Below are positions 36,683 through 46,724 of a stretch of DNA of 64,000 nt, piece by piece; within the stretch, counting starts at the first letter, position 1, and every line of letters begins with the position of its first letter. The notes below the pieces were generated by a model, which saw nothing but the letters and a program-made list of their open reading frames with translations, did no database searches and was not told the DNA's origin. Location of the stretch: the NCBI GenBank assembly GCA_016873895.1, contig VGVV01000001.1, positions 287,286 to 351,285 on the forward strand. Direction: 5' to 3'. The position numbers and the translations under genes are program-made. This DNA comes from Ignavibacteria bacterium (lineage in GTDB: Bacteria > Bacteroidota > Ignavibacteria > Kapaibacteriales > Kapaibacteriaceae).

Positions 36683-38581
36683 TTAGTCTTGAATAACAAT
36701 CTTAACAGAGCGGTTGGCAATGCGATCCATTGGCGTCGAGTTTTCACGTGCTTTCGACTGATATGTGCCTACCGTAATCCTGTCTTTGGGAATGCCACGA
36801 GTCAGCAATCGTTCGACCGCTGCGGCGGCCCGCTTCGATGCCAAGTCTGCATTTGACGCATCAGTACCAAGGTGATCTGTCGTTGCTATAAGCTCCACAC
36901 CCTTACCAGCAGCTACTGCCGCCGATAGTTCGGCGAAGGCTTGTTCGTTGAAGCTTGCAATCGTAGAGCTGTTAAAATCGAAATAGCAGAGTGTTGCTGG
37001 CGATGGCCCATTGGCAGACTGTCCGACGGGTACTTGCGTAAATGCTGTACGTGGTGCAATATCCGTAGAGATGATTTGCTGTTCAGAAGAAGCTGACGTA
37101 GACTCAAATGCTACCTGCCCCCGAACAGTGATAGTCTTTCCTTGCTGCATAGAACGAATAGCTGCAGAGTCTGCAACTACTGTTTGCATTGCCCCCTCAC
37201 CCTCGACACGCAACAGACGACCATCGATTGATGCTGTGATGTTTGAACTACAATTCGTATCGCATGTAACAATATGACCTACAGGAATGCGCAGTGGTGT
37301 TATACGTTCAATGCTATCTCGCGTGCGCTGAACACGAAAGATTTGTGCTGTGCCATTAACAAGAAACTGCACACTGCGATGCTCTTCTGCCAATTCAGGG
37401 TATTCAGCTGGAGTATGCTTGATAACTATCATTTCGAGCTGCTCGGCTGGTATACGCAGTAAGCGCATAACGTGTGACGCTCTCTCACGGGCAACCGCCT
37501 GCTCTTCGTCGTTGGCACAAGAACCAACAACAGTAAGCTTGACACCCGGATTCTGTATAGCATAGTCCGAAACGGCATTGACTACATCTTGCTGAAGCTG
37601 CGATGCAGGCTTCGCAACAGAGAGCACTTCGGTGCTATTCTTGGCAAAGAATAACACTGGTGCTGCATCTACATACTCCTTCGTGACGGCAACATTGATC
37701 ACATTTGAGAGCTGCGCCGGCAACATTTCCGGAATCATGAGCTTGGATGACAACACCGGCGTTCTAGCCTGAACGATGGGCGGAGGTGGTGGTGGCGGAG
37801 GTGGTGGGGCAACCTGCTGCTTAGGCATACGATAATGCACATTGAAACCTGCGCGGACCGATGTTACTCCCCACTGTACTGCAGAGGTCAGATTCGTAAG
37901 GCCTATAAGTGCCTCTATTCGCGGCTCGATGGTTCGTTGCGCATCGAATTCAAACATATATCCAATGCCAAGCACTGTGGCGATAAAGGGGCTGGCAGCG
38001 TCTGGCAGATCTACCTCGTACACACCACGAACCTTACTGCCGTTTTCGAAGGTATAGTTCTCATCTGCCGGCTGAATCAACTCTTCCTTTTGCGTAAACC
38101 GCGCACTCATCGGAAACCCAGCATACATTCCAATCGAGGCTGTTATCTGAGATCCGGCAATCTTCTGCAGTTGCACATATGGCTCGATGCCAATTGTAGA
38201 GTACGTAAGATCAATCGAGTGTCTGGATAATCCAGAAAACACTTGTTGGTCGTTTATGATGTTTCCCAACTCTTCATCATCAGTAAGCATTCCCGATAAT
38301 CCTACAGCACTTGCACGCATGCCATAGACATATGGCAAACCCAATAGCGTAGACTCAGGTGCGTGCGCGATATGGAACGAATAGCCAAGGTGAAGTCCAC
38401 TTCCGCCAGTATACTCAGGGCAACAAGCTGGAAAGCTTGACAGCTGACGAAAGCTTGCTGAGTGCAGATTAACACCTCCAGCAAGACCACCACCAATAAC
38501 TGTTCTAGTCAGTGTTGTGTCGGCAGCATGTGCATAAGCCGATAGTGCAAGCAGCAGACAACAGCGTACAAGGACCATCAT
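36683..38581 (-). CDS. OmpA-family outer-membrane protein (N-terminal beta-barrel, Pro10 linker, two OmpA-like domains)
   Basis: Signal peptide; barrel ending AGFNVHY; PPPPPPPPPP at 37778-37807; C-terminal FDFNSS..TDHLG..N..LA.KRA..RIANRSV. Confidence 0.85.
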   Translation of the reverse strand: MMVLVRCCLLLALSAYAHAADTTLTRTVIGGGLAGGVNLHSASFRQLSSFPACCPEYTGGSGLHLGYSFHIAHAPESTLLGLPYVYGMRASAVGLSGMLTDDEELGNIINDQQVFSGLSRHSIDLTYSTIGIEPYVQLQKIAGSQITASIGMYAGFPMSARFTQKEELIQPADENYTFENGSKVRGVYEVDLPDAASPFIATVLGIGYMFEFDAQRTIEPRIEALIGLTNLTSAVQWGVTSVRAGFNVHYRMPKQQVAPPPPPPPPPPIVQARTPVLSSKLMIPEMLPAQLSNVINVAVTKEYVDAAPVLFFAKNSTEVLSVAKPASQLQQDVVNAVSDYAIQNPGVKLTVVGSCANDEEQAVARERASHVMRLLRIPAEQLEMIVIKHTPAEYPELAEEHRSVQFLVNGTAQIFRVQRTRDSIERITPLRIPVGHIVTCDTNCSSNITASIDGRLLRVEGEGAMQTVVADSAAIRSMQQGKTITVRGQVAFESTSASSEQQIISTDIAPRTAFTQVPVGQSANGPSPATLCYFDFNSSTIASFNEQAFAELSAAVAAGKGVELIATTDHLGTDASNADLASKRAAAAVERLLTRGIPKDRITVGTYQSKARENSTPMDRIANRSVKIVIQD

Positions 38582-41500
38582 GGCCGCGTTACCACCATTG
38601 ACTGTGCATGCACTGCATCACCAGATCGAATGATCACCGTATAAACTCCACGTACAAACTGGCTCACATCAACACTCACAGTTGTAGATCCAAATAACGT
38701 ACCAAGATCTGCCGAGAACACCGTAGCCCCCTGACCATCAACTATGCTCAGGTTACCCTGCGTAGGGTATGCAGATGAGATTGCAACCGAAACATCATCA
38801 GCTGCCGGCACGGGATATATGGAGCGGATAACAGAGCCATTCTTGACAAAAACATGTCGGTTAGGATTCGGATTCGCTATTCGTAACAGCCCAGGCTTAT
38901 AACTTGTCGCTACAGATGTACCGAATGCGATTGCAGAAGTATCAAACATTACAACCGATGAATCAAACTCTGCTAAACCAGCGCGTCCGATAAGATGTGC
39001 GATAATATGCTCGCGCGCAACGAATGAGGCATTCAACTTCATCGTTATCGTTCGTGTGTCTCCATCAACAGTTTGAGAGACAATCTCTCCAGATCCGTCT
39101 ACTACGCGCAAAGAATCAGCATAGAAGTGCCGCTGGTAAACCTTCATGGAAATCTCGAGTGGACGGCTGCCCTTGTACTGAACGTTCTCACTGATGTTTG
39201 CCACAATGGGAAGTTCTGTCGTCTGCCTGGGGTCTACGCGCACATCCTGCATACGTACAATTGCACTGCCTTGATATGGTACCAGCTTGATACTTGTTGT
39301 TGCAGCACACGGCGTAACCTCGAATACGAGCTCATCATTTGCAGAGATTGGCCCACCCGTGTATCGAATGACCATTGTGATTGAATCACCTGGTGCCACA
39401 ACAACGGGAAACGTTGTTGTTGTTGCAAATGGGGCTCCTGCAGTAAACGTTGCAGCTTGCAGCGTAATTGGATTGCCCGTGGGATTCCCAAGCACGACAG
39501 TGCGCTCGGACACCTCTGGGATAAATGCGAGAATAGGATGCGACAGATTGATATCAGCCCCAGCACCTCTACCAAGCACACGAATGCTGCGCGTTACAAC
39601 CGATTGGCCAGCATAGTAGATCACGACGTTGTCTGTATCGTGGCCGCGCAATCGCGGTACAAACAGCACTTCAACAGACATACGCTCGCCAGGTTGCAGT
39701 GTGTCTCCGGGCTTATAACCTTGTACTCTGAATTGCGAGAAAACGCCTTTGCGCATGGAAATGCCATCTATCACAACAGGGATTGGATCGTTGTTCTGAA
39801 CAATAACGAATATTTTGCGGGCTGTATCGCGAACGCAGATATCACCATAGTCTGTCATATCTCCATAGGTAGCGAGATTTCTATCAACCGAACGGATAAC
39901 AATCGGCACACGGAATGTACGCTCGCAGGCGATAAGTTCAAGTGTATCTACGAGGTTGCCCGTGTCTTTGGCAACAGCACGAAACTGCACTTGCAAACAC
40001 TCCCCGGGACGTACCGTGTCTTGCTGCAAGGCACCACGCAGAGTCAACCACAGCCCTGAGAGAAGTTCGCCTCTCTCGAATATCACGGGCACAACTCCAG
40101 TATTGCAGATCGACCCACTGATCAGCGTGTCTACCGTTGCACCGATGTAGTGCACGCCGAATGAAAGCTGCGGTGTAGCCACGTCTAGAGGGACAATGCG
40201 GAATGTTGCATCTGATTCGTCGGACTCAGGCGTAATGATTCTACGAAGCAGGAGATTGTCACGGCTATCTTCAGAGCACGATGCTAATGTTGATCCATCA
40301 GCGCCATACTCTACATCGGTCATAAGCTGACTATGACCAGGCATGCCAGGGATTGGTCCTAGAATCTGACGGTTTACAACATCATACTGACGAATCTGTG
40401 GTTGCCCAGCAAAGCCCATGGTGATGTACGTCTCACTTGGGTTGATCGTTACACCAACAACGTTAGACCCCTCACGGTAAATCACACGGATAAGAGAGTT
40501 TGTTTGCGTGTCGTATACCAAGGTGCGTTGTTCTTGCGGCGAGTTTCCCTTGCCCTCGTTTGCTTCGCCTGCAAGCGCGATCAATCGGTTTGTTCTGGAT
40601 ACTGAGAGATCACGAATGGCCGGGCCCCCAACTCTTGGTAGGTCTGCATCGAAGCGATACACTTCGCGTCCAGCAGAAGGATCAAATCGCAGCACAACAC
40701 CATTGATCAGCGAAAGAACAAGTATGCCATCCGCTGAACGTGCGGCAGATGACGGAGCTTCCAACACAACGTCTGCACGCTCAGCTAGACTCGCACCATC
40801 ATACGTGCGAAGTCTAGCACTCATGAGGCCTGCTACGTATATAATCGCTGCATTGCTGTCGGAAATCATCTCTCCAGCGTTCGCATGATTTACTTCTGTC
40901 TTGGCTACGGGTGTAACCGTGCCGTTATTGAATCGCAGCAGCAGGTCTTTCGTTGGTGCTGGACGATCTACAATTGCGGCTAGACTCCGTGTTTGACCCA
41001 GATAGGATAGCTTCGATACCTTCGTCGATCCTGGGATAACCCCCTCTGCAACATATGAACTTATGATCGTTGAGGTGGCTACGTCCCATTCTACGATCAT
41101 CCCATTCTGATGAGCAACAGCGAGGTACTTACCATTGGCACTAAAGGCAATATTCGTTGCCGGAGAGCGCTCTCCGTAGAGCCATCGCGCACCAGAAGCC
41201 CCCTGCTTTTGGTACACACGAATCTTCGCGTTATCAGTATACTCTACCGGTACTTGCCACTGTATCGTTGAGTCAAGTGTGGAGTCAATGAGCTTCCATG
41301 ATTTGCCATTATCGACTGAGTACTCAACATGCGAATGGAAGCCCTGAATAGCCCCTTTCCACGTGATGGTAACGTTTTGGCAGGCGGCCAGATTTTCACC
41401 GCCATTAGGTGTAACTACTTTTAGAATTGTCGTGGGCTTATACGTAGGTGTGTTTGCGAAAAGCATCACTTCATGACGCATTCCACCCTCGTAGACAATC

Positions 41501-42255
41501 GTCAGTACGCCACTAATAGGCTGCGATGTTGTTGGACTGCAGTACAAGTCAAACCGATAGTCGGTACCAGCATCAACGCTTACTGGTGGTGCCTTAGCAC
41601 CGTATGTACCCTTCCACACGATTCGAAAGTTTGACGAGGATGTTCGCAGTGTATCAATTACCAGTCTGCGCTCATTACCCTGTGCATCTACCGAGGAGGC
41701 AAAAGTGCGCAGATTTAGCTTTCTCATTTGCTCCGAACCGGCAGCTACATCACCAAAGTCGAGATATAACGGCACTCTACGAAACAAACTGTCTACAACG
41801 AAGACAGAGCCACCCCTAGTTACCGGAAATGCATCCCATGCAATGGAAAGCTGGCCAACATCACCGCTACGCACAGCGTAGAGTACAAGATTCGCACTCG
41901 TTGTTGTTGGGATGCTGTTAACACGAGTGCTGAATGTAGAGGTCGTAAAACGCAATGTGTGAATGCCCGAACCCTCTTGTGTAAGATTTACGAGACGTCG
42001 AAAGACATTTACTTCAAGCAGATACAGATCTTTTACATCAACATTTGTTGGAGCCCCATTCAACGTTGCCCGAAAGCGAACTGTTATCTCGGGAAACTTC
42101 GACGCATCAACATAGGACCCTACACCAGGAATGGCCACACCGTTCAGTACAAGCTGAGCAGAGGCTGTGTATACAGCAGCAATGCCGCATAGCACCATGA
42201 TCAGTGCACGCAGAGTTATGCTGTTGGTACAGAGAGGTGTTCGTTGAGTGATCAT
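38578..42255 (-). CDS. Large T9SS-secreted protein with WD40-like propeller and Ig-like (choice-of-anchor D-like) domains
   Basis: Signal peptide ending ASA|Q; PNGGE..ITW..EYSVDNGKSW; IAFSANGKYLA, GHSQLMTDVEYGADGSTLASCSED; CTD IYPVPA..GVYTVII. Confidence 0.85.
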   Translation of the reverse strand: MITQRTPLCTNSITLRALIMVLCGIAAVYTASAQLVLNGVAIPGVGSYVDASKFPEITVRFRATLNGAPTNVDVKDLYLLEVNVFRRLVNLTQEGSGIHTLRFTTSTFSTRVNSIPTTTSANLVLYAVRSGDVGQLSIAWDAFPVTRGGSVFVVDSLFRRVPLYLDFGDVAAGSEQMRKLNLRTFASSVDAQGNERRLVIDTLRTSSSNFRIVWKGTYGAKAPPVSVDAGTDYRFDLYCSPTTSQPISGVLTIVYEGGMRHEVMLFANTPTYKPTTILKVVTPNGGENLAACQNVTITWKGAIQGFHSHVEYSVDNGKSWKLIDSTLDSTIQWQVPVEYTDNAKIRVYQKQGASGARWLYGERSPATNIAFSANGKYLAVAHQNGMIVEWDVATSTIISSYVAEGVIPGSTKVSKLSYLGQTRSLAAIVDRPAPTKDLLLRFNNGTVTPVAKTEVNHANAGEMISDSNAAIIYVAGLMSARLRTYDGASLAERADVVLEAPSSAARSADGILVLSLINGVVLRFDPSAGREVYRFDADLPRVGGPAIRDLSVSRTNRLIALAGEANEGKGNSPQEQRTLVYDTQTNSLIRVIYREGSNVVGVTINPSETYITMGFAGQPQIRQYDVVNRQILGPIPGMPGHSQLMTDVEYGADGSTLASCSEDSRDNLLLRRIITPESDESDATFRIVPLDVATPQLSFGVHYIGATVDTLISGSICNTGVVPVIFERGELLSGLWLTLRGALQQDTVRPGECLQVQFRAVAKDTGNLVDTLELIACERTFRVPIVIRSVDRNLATYGDMTDYGDICVRDTARKIFVIVQNNDPIPVVIDGISMRKGVFSQFRVQGYKPGDTLQPGERMSVEVLFVPRLRGHDTDNVVIYYAGQSVVTRSIRVLGRGAGADINLSHPILAFIPEVSERTVVLGNPTGNPITLQAATFTAGAPFATTTTFPVVVAPGDSITMVIRYTGGPISANDELVFEVTPCAATTSIKLVPYQGSAIVRMQDVRVDPRQTTELPIVANISENVQYKGSRPLEISMKVYQRHFYADSLRVVDGSGEIVSQTVDGDTRTITMKLNASFVAREHIIAHLIGRAGLAEFDSSVVMFDTSAIAFGTSVATSYKPGLLRIANPNPNRHVFVKNGSVIRSIYPVPAADDVSVAISSAYPTQGNLSIVDGQGATVFSADLGTLFGSTTVSVDVSQFVRGVYTVIIRSGDAVHAQSMVVTRP

Positions 42256-42285
42256 GAGTTAAAGAAGTCGAATAAGGGGCTGTCG

Positions 42286-43074
42286 TTACAGTGCATGTTC
42301 ATGTTCAAAGCGATCAAGAAACTCTGTTACAACTGCATCCGTAGAGGAACGCAATTGCTGAACGGTTCCATCAAACTGCACCTTCCCCTCGTGCAGCATA
42401 ATTACGTGATCGGCGATGTTGTACACGCTAAACATGTCGTGCGTGATAACAACAGATGTAACGTCAAGGTTCGTTGCAACGTACTTTACAAGGTGGTCTA
42501 TTTGTTGTGATGTAACAGGATCGAGGCCTGTCGTAGGCTCGTCGTAGAATACATATGCTGGCTTGCCCACAAGTGCACGTGCAACGGCGACACGTTTTCT
42601 CATACCACCCGATAAGTCGCTCGGACGCTTCTGACCCAGTATGGCGAACTCGTATTCGTATTCCGGAGCCCCCGCCATTTGATATGGTGGCAAAAGTCCA
42701 ACTGCACTAAGAACCCGCCGGCCCTCGCGTGCAAGAACGGATTTGTCGCTCACACCATGCTCTACAAGTCCGATAACAACATTCTCGAATACCGACAGCG
42801 AATCAAAGAGAGCCGCCCCTTGAAACACGTAGCCGATTGAACGGCGTATAGCAAAGATCTGTTCCTTTGTCATAGCGTCAATTGACGCACCATCGATGAG
42901 AACCTCTCCACTATCGGCATGTAACAAGCCTACTATATGCTTGAGTGCCACGCTTTTACCGCAGCCGGAACGACCTATGATGCAGGTTGTTTTGCCGTTT
43001 GGAATACCACAGGTTACGCCGTTCAAGACAACTTTGTTCCCAAACGACTTACGTATGTCGCGCAACTCAATCAT
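42286..43074 (-). CDS. ABC ATP-binding protein, MlaF/Mkl-like
   Basis: GRSGCGKS, VFQGAALFDSLSV, LSGGMRKRV, YDEPTTGLDP, ITHD. Confidence 0.9.
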   Translation of the reverse strand: MIELRDIRKSFGNKVVLNGVTCGIPNGKTTCIIGRSGCGKSVALKHIVGLLHADSGEVLIDGASIDAMTKEQIFAIRRSIGYVFQGAALFDSLSVFENVVIGLVEHGVSDKSVLAREGRRVLSAVGLLPPYQMAGAPEYEYEFAILGQKRPSDLSGGMRKRVAVARALVGKPAYVFYDEPTTGLDPVTSQQIDHLVKYVATNLDVTSVVITHDMFSVYNIADHVIMLHEGKVQFDGTVQQLRSSTDAVVTEFLDRFEHEHAL

Positions 43075-44861
43075 GCATGGGCCTGATTCATTCGGGCACA
43101 GATCACATCAAGTGTACCAGTTGGTATTGCATCGATTAGACGCTTGGTGTAGTCTTGATGTGGGTTCGCATAAAGTTCGTTGGACGTGTTCATTTCGACA
43201 ATCTTGCCTGCATTCATTACGGCGATTCTGTCGCTAATGAACTTTACCACACTTAAATCATGCGAGATAAAGATATACGTCAGGTTAAACTCATCACGTA
43301 GCTGCACCAGCAGATTCAGCACTTGTGCCTGCACCGATACGTCGAGAGCGCTCACGCTTTCGTCGCAGATCAGCAGCTTTGGCTTTAAGGCCAGCGCGCG
43401 TGCGATGCAGATGCGCTGACGCTGTCCGCCGGAGAATTCGTGAGGGTAGTTTGAGAAGTGCCGAGGCAGAAGATTCACTTTATCAAGCAGATACAGAACG
43501 TGCTCTTTTCGCTCTTTCTCACTTGCGCCAATGTTATGCACGTTGAGCACTTCCATGATCGCACTGCCAACGCTTAGCCGTGGGTTGAGCGATGAATACG
43601 GATCTTGGAAGATGATCTGGAAGTCCTTGCGCATGGTCTTGAGTTCTGCAGCACCTAGCGAGCGGACGTCTTTCCCATCGAAGACAACCTTGCCGCCAGT
43701 TGGCTCTACAAGGCGCAACACAGCGCGGCCCGTCGTGGTCTTGCCGCAACCGGACTCGCCTACGAGACCAAGTGTCTCGCCTGGCATCACGGAGAACGAG
43801 ATGTCGTCTACAGCTTTTACATGACCTGTTGTTCGACCAAAGAACCCACTCTTGATTGGGAAGTGCACTTCCAGATTCTGTACATCAAGCAGGGGGCTTA
43901 TGGTTTTGAGCTTGGCGTTGCGCTCATCGATTTCTTGACGTGAGAACTCGAGTTCGTGCACGAGGGATTCAACCGTATCGCGAGTACGTGTTGTGATCGT
44001 TCCATCTTCTGCTTCGTCCATGAAGTCACGAACGGTCGGCAGAACCTTGAGTTTTTTGTCGAGTCGTGGACGGCAAGCCAGGAGCCCCTTGGTATAGGGG
44101 TGCTGTGGGTTCTCAAAGATTTGTTGCACAGAACCTTGCTCTACAATCTTGCCCTTGTACATCACGATTACATCATCGGCGATCTCAGCGATCACGCCAA
44201 GGTCGTGCGTGATGAACATCATCGACATGTTGTGTTGCTTCTGCAGCGAGCGCATCAGATCAAGGATTGTTGCCTGAACTGTAACGTCGAGAGCCGTTGT
44301 GGGCTCGTCGGCAATAAGCAGGTCTGGATTGCACGACATCGCCATGGCAATCATCACACGCTGTTTTTGTCCACCAGAGAGCTGGTGCGGATACGACGTC
44401 ATCATTTGCTTCGGACGCGGCAACTGTACTTCCTTGAGCAGTTGCAGTGTGCGCGCCTGAGCTTCTTCTTTGGACACGTTTTGATGTAGCCGAATTGCCT
44501 CGATGATCTGATCACCGCAGGTAAACACAGGGTTGAGCGACGTCATCGGCTCTTGGAAGATCATCGCGATGCGGTTACCGCGATACGTGCGCATGGTTTC
44601 TTCCGAAACCTGGAGCAGATCCGTGACCGATCCGTCCTTTTCGTAGAAGATTGCCTGCCCACCTGTAATCTTGCCAGGGGGCGAGGGGATGAGTCGCATT
44701 AAGCTTAGGCTGGTTACAGATTTACCGGAACCAGACTCTCCTACAATGCCAAGTGTGCGGCCTTTGTGGACGGTAAATGTTACGTCGTTTACGGCCTTGA
44801 CATCATAGACGTCTGAGCGGAATTCTGTGACGAGGTTTTTGACTTCTATCAACGGTTCCAT
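43071..44861 (-). CDS. Dual-domain peptide ABC transporter ATPase (OppD/F fusion, GsiA-like)
   Basis: Two NBDs: [21 protein letters not shown] and [21 protein letters not shown]; HPYT motif. Confidence 0.95.
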   Translation of the reverse strand: MEPLIEVKNLVTEFRSDVYDVKAVNDVTFTVHKGRTLGIVGESGSGKSVTSLSLMRLIPSPPGKITGGQAIFYEKDGSVTDLLQVSEETMRTYRGNRIAMIFQEPMTSLNPVFTCGDQIIEAIRLHQNVSKEEAQARTLQLLKEVQLPRPKQMMTSYPHQLSGGQKQRVMIAMAMSCNPDLLIADEPTTALDVTVQATILDLMRSLQKQHNMSMMFITHDLGVIAEIADDVIVMYKGKIVEQGSVQQIFENPQHPYTKGLLACRPRLDKKLKVLPTVRDFMDEAEDGTITTRTRDTVESLVHELEFSRQEIDERNAKLKTISPLLDVQNLEVHFPIKSGFFGRTTGHVKAVDDISFSVMPGETLGLVGESGCGKTTTGRAVLRLVEPTGGKVVFDGKDVRSLGAAELKTMRKDFQIIFQDPYSSLNPRLSVGSAIMEVLNVHNIGASEKERKEHVLYLLDKVNLLPRHFSNYPHEFSGGQRQRICIARALALKPKLLICDESVSALDVSVQAQVLNLLVQLRDEFNLTYIFISHDLSVVKFISDRIAVMNAGKIVEMNTSNELYANPHQDYTKRLIDAIPTGTLDVICARMNQAHA

Positions 44862-44868
44862 AAGGGGT

Positions 44869-44876
44869 CAAAGATA
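44869..44876 (-). promoter_or_regulatory. TATCTTTG promoter element 7 nt upstream of ATG
   Basis: Minus strand reads TATCTTTG-acccctt-ATG(44861). Confidence 0.55.
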
Positions 44877-44882
44877 CCGAAC

Positions 44883-46169
44883 CTAGCTGGATAGAGCACG
44901 TCCTGCATTCACCTTCAAATAGATCGTCGAGGCCGTTCTGCCTACCGCCATGGCAATGGCCGCGGCCAGCGCCCCGTTCAGGTCAGTGAAGTTCACAAGG
45001 ACGATCATCACGGCTGTGATGCCCCCTACCTCGAGCGCCGTTGAAAGAGTTACCTTCACGTTTTGTCGGCTCGTTATCAGTACCGATCGATACAACGAGT
45101 AGGCAACTGCAATCGAAGGCAACGGGATGAGCAATATCGTGGGCCACACGGCATAATGAGCAAGGTATGAGTCCAACCCGTAGGCCATCATGTAGATGTC
45201 ATCAATAAGAGGCGTAAGCGCGAGTAGACCGAGAAGCACGGTGGTAACAACTACCGTTAGAATTGCCACCCTTCGAACCGCCCAATAATTTTCAAACTTC
45301 TTACCAATGAGAGCTACTCCTACTTCCTGATAAGAGAACCCAAAGCTGCGAAACAAGAACACGAAGGAGTCTACAACCGGCAACACAGCAAGCGAGGCAA
45401 TGGGGTTTGGCGCATGTACCATGAAGAACGACAGTGTAGGGGTTACCACAAATCCGATCAGCGAAGTGGCAGCAAGGGGCATCCAAAATGTTGTGATCTC
45501 AGCGTTTGTAAGGGGCAACCCATCTTGATGCGGACGCGCCTTGTATTCGCGAATGATCGGCTGGCACATCGCTCGAACAGCCGCCGCTTCTAGGAAAACC
45601 CCCGTTGTTAACGCGAGCGCCCCAACGATTACGCCCTCGAGTCCGGTAAACGAATACGATACAGCACTCACGATCACCACTAACATCCGCACGATCGTCC
45701 CGTAGGCAACAACCTTAGTGTGTCCGTTGCGAATCAGCAGTCCTTGGTACAAGCGCCTATATCCAATAGCTGCAGGCCAAGGCACAAGCACAACAATTGC
45801 CCAATACATGCGTGATGAAACTTCGCCTGGGAGCCCCATAAGTGTTGACGTAATCGTGTCAAAGACTACTGGGATGCAGAGGAGTAACATTCCAGCCGTT
45901 ACCCCAGCATTTACGTTGCGCGTAAATCGTCGCAGCTGTGTAAACGATGCCCAATCGCGGGCCAGCGCAACAGAGGTGCTCAACAGGTGAATCACCGGTG
46001 CTTCGATGAACATCGCCAGCGCAAAGGCCACGCCGTGAGCAGCCAGATTTAGCTCTGCATTGGGCAGGCGGGCAACAACAGATGCCACAACCGGTCCCTC
46101 AATGGCCATCATAAGCCACGTAAGACTGAGCGGTATCCAGAATCTGACAACATCGCGGGTGGTAAACAT
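44883..46169 (-). CDS. MATE-superfamily membrane protein, ANKH-like
   Basis: About 12 TM segments with two-fold internal repeat (FWIPLSLT / FWMPLAAT); LAAHGVAFAL..FIEAP. Start is ATG 46169, since 46187 would overlap the divergent gene. Confidence 0.7.
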   Translation of the reverse strand: MFTTRDVVRFWIPLSLTWLMMAIEGPVVASVVARLPNAELNLAAHGVAFALAMFIEAPVIHLLSTSVALARDWASFTQLRRFTRNVNAGVTAGMLLLCIPVVFDTITSTLMGLPGEVSSRMYWAIVVLVPWPAAIGYRRLYQGLLIRNGHTKVVAYGTIVRMLVVIVSAVSYSFTGLEGVIVGALALTTGVFLEAAAVRAMCQPIIREYKARPHQDGLPLTNAEITTFWMPLAATSLIGFVVTPTLSFFMVHAPNPIASLAVLPVVDSFVFLFRSFGFSYQEVGVALIGKKFENYWAVRRVAILTVVVTTVLLGLLALTPLIDDIYMMAYGLDSYLAHYAVWPTILLIPLPSIAVAYSLYRSVLITSRQNVKVTLSTALEVGGITAVMIVLVNFTDLNGALAAAIAMAVGRTASTIYLKVNAGRALSS

Positions 46170-46185
46170 CTGGTAAATTAGCCCC
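46170..46185. promoter_or_regulatory. Candidate bidirectional -10 element between two divergent start codons
   Basis: CAT-ctgg-TAAATTA-gcccc-ATG reads TAAATT-N6-ATG on + and TAATTT-N5-ATG on -. Confidence 0.6.
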
Positions 46186-46716
46186 ATGACGCATCACGAA
46201 GTACAAAAGCCGCCGCGAATCATCCTCTATGGCGTGCTCGGCGCAATGCTGTTCTCCGTTCTGTTTACAGGCGGCCTTATTTCTCTTGTGGAGTACGCCC
46301 AGGGTTCAGGTGGTCTGCAACATTCCAGCACGTGGATAGCTGTCGTTGTGCCATTCTTGATCACTGGCGTGACTGCGCTCACGATGTGGTACACGCGGCT
46401 ACATGTAACCATTGCCGACGAAGGTATTCGCATCAAGATACCTCCGTTTCATCTTGGTGGCGGACGCCTCATTGTATGGTCCGACATACAGTCGATAACC
46501 CTACGTAAGGTTAGCCCCTGCGGAGAATTTGGCGGCTGGGGCATCCGATGGAACCTCGGTAACCGCATGGGCTATGTATGGAACGGCAAGCAAGGCATGG
46601 ATCTCGTGCTCACCAGCGGCAAACGCGTTGTTGTAACCCTCATGGATATGCAGGGGGCTCGTCTGGCACTCCAAGATCGAGGTATAGAGATAACCGACCA
46701 CGCCCCGATTGCCTAA
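46186..46716 (+). CDS. Membrane protein, DUF6141/bacterial PH-like
   Basis: Two TM helices, then L.VTI..EGI, I.WSDI, P.GEFGGWGIR, G.QG..LVL..GKRVV. Confidence 0.75.
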   Translation: MTHHEVQKPPRIILYGVLGAMLFSVLFTGGLISLVEYAQGSGGLQHSSTWIAVVVPFLITGVTALTMWYTRLHVTIADEGIRIKIPPFHLGGGRLIVWSDIQSITLRKVSPCGEFGGWGIRWNLGNRMGYVWNGKQGMDLVLTSGKRVVVTLMDMQGARLALQDRGIEITDHAPIA

Positions 46717-46724
46717 TTTGCAGA

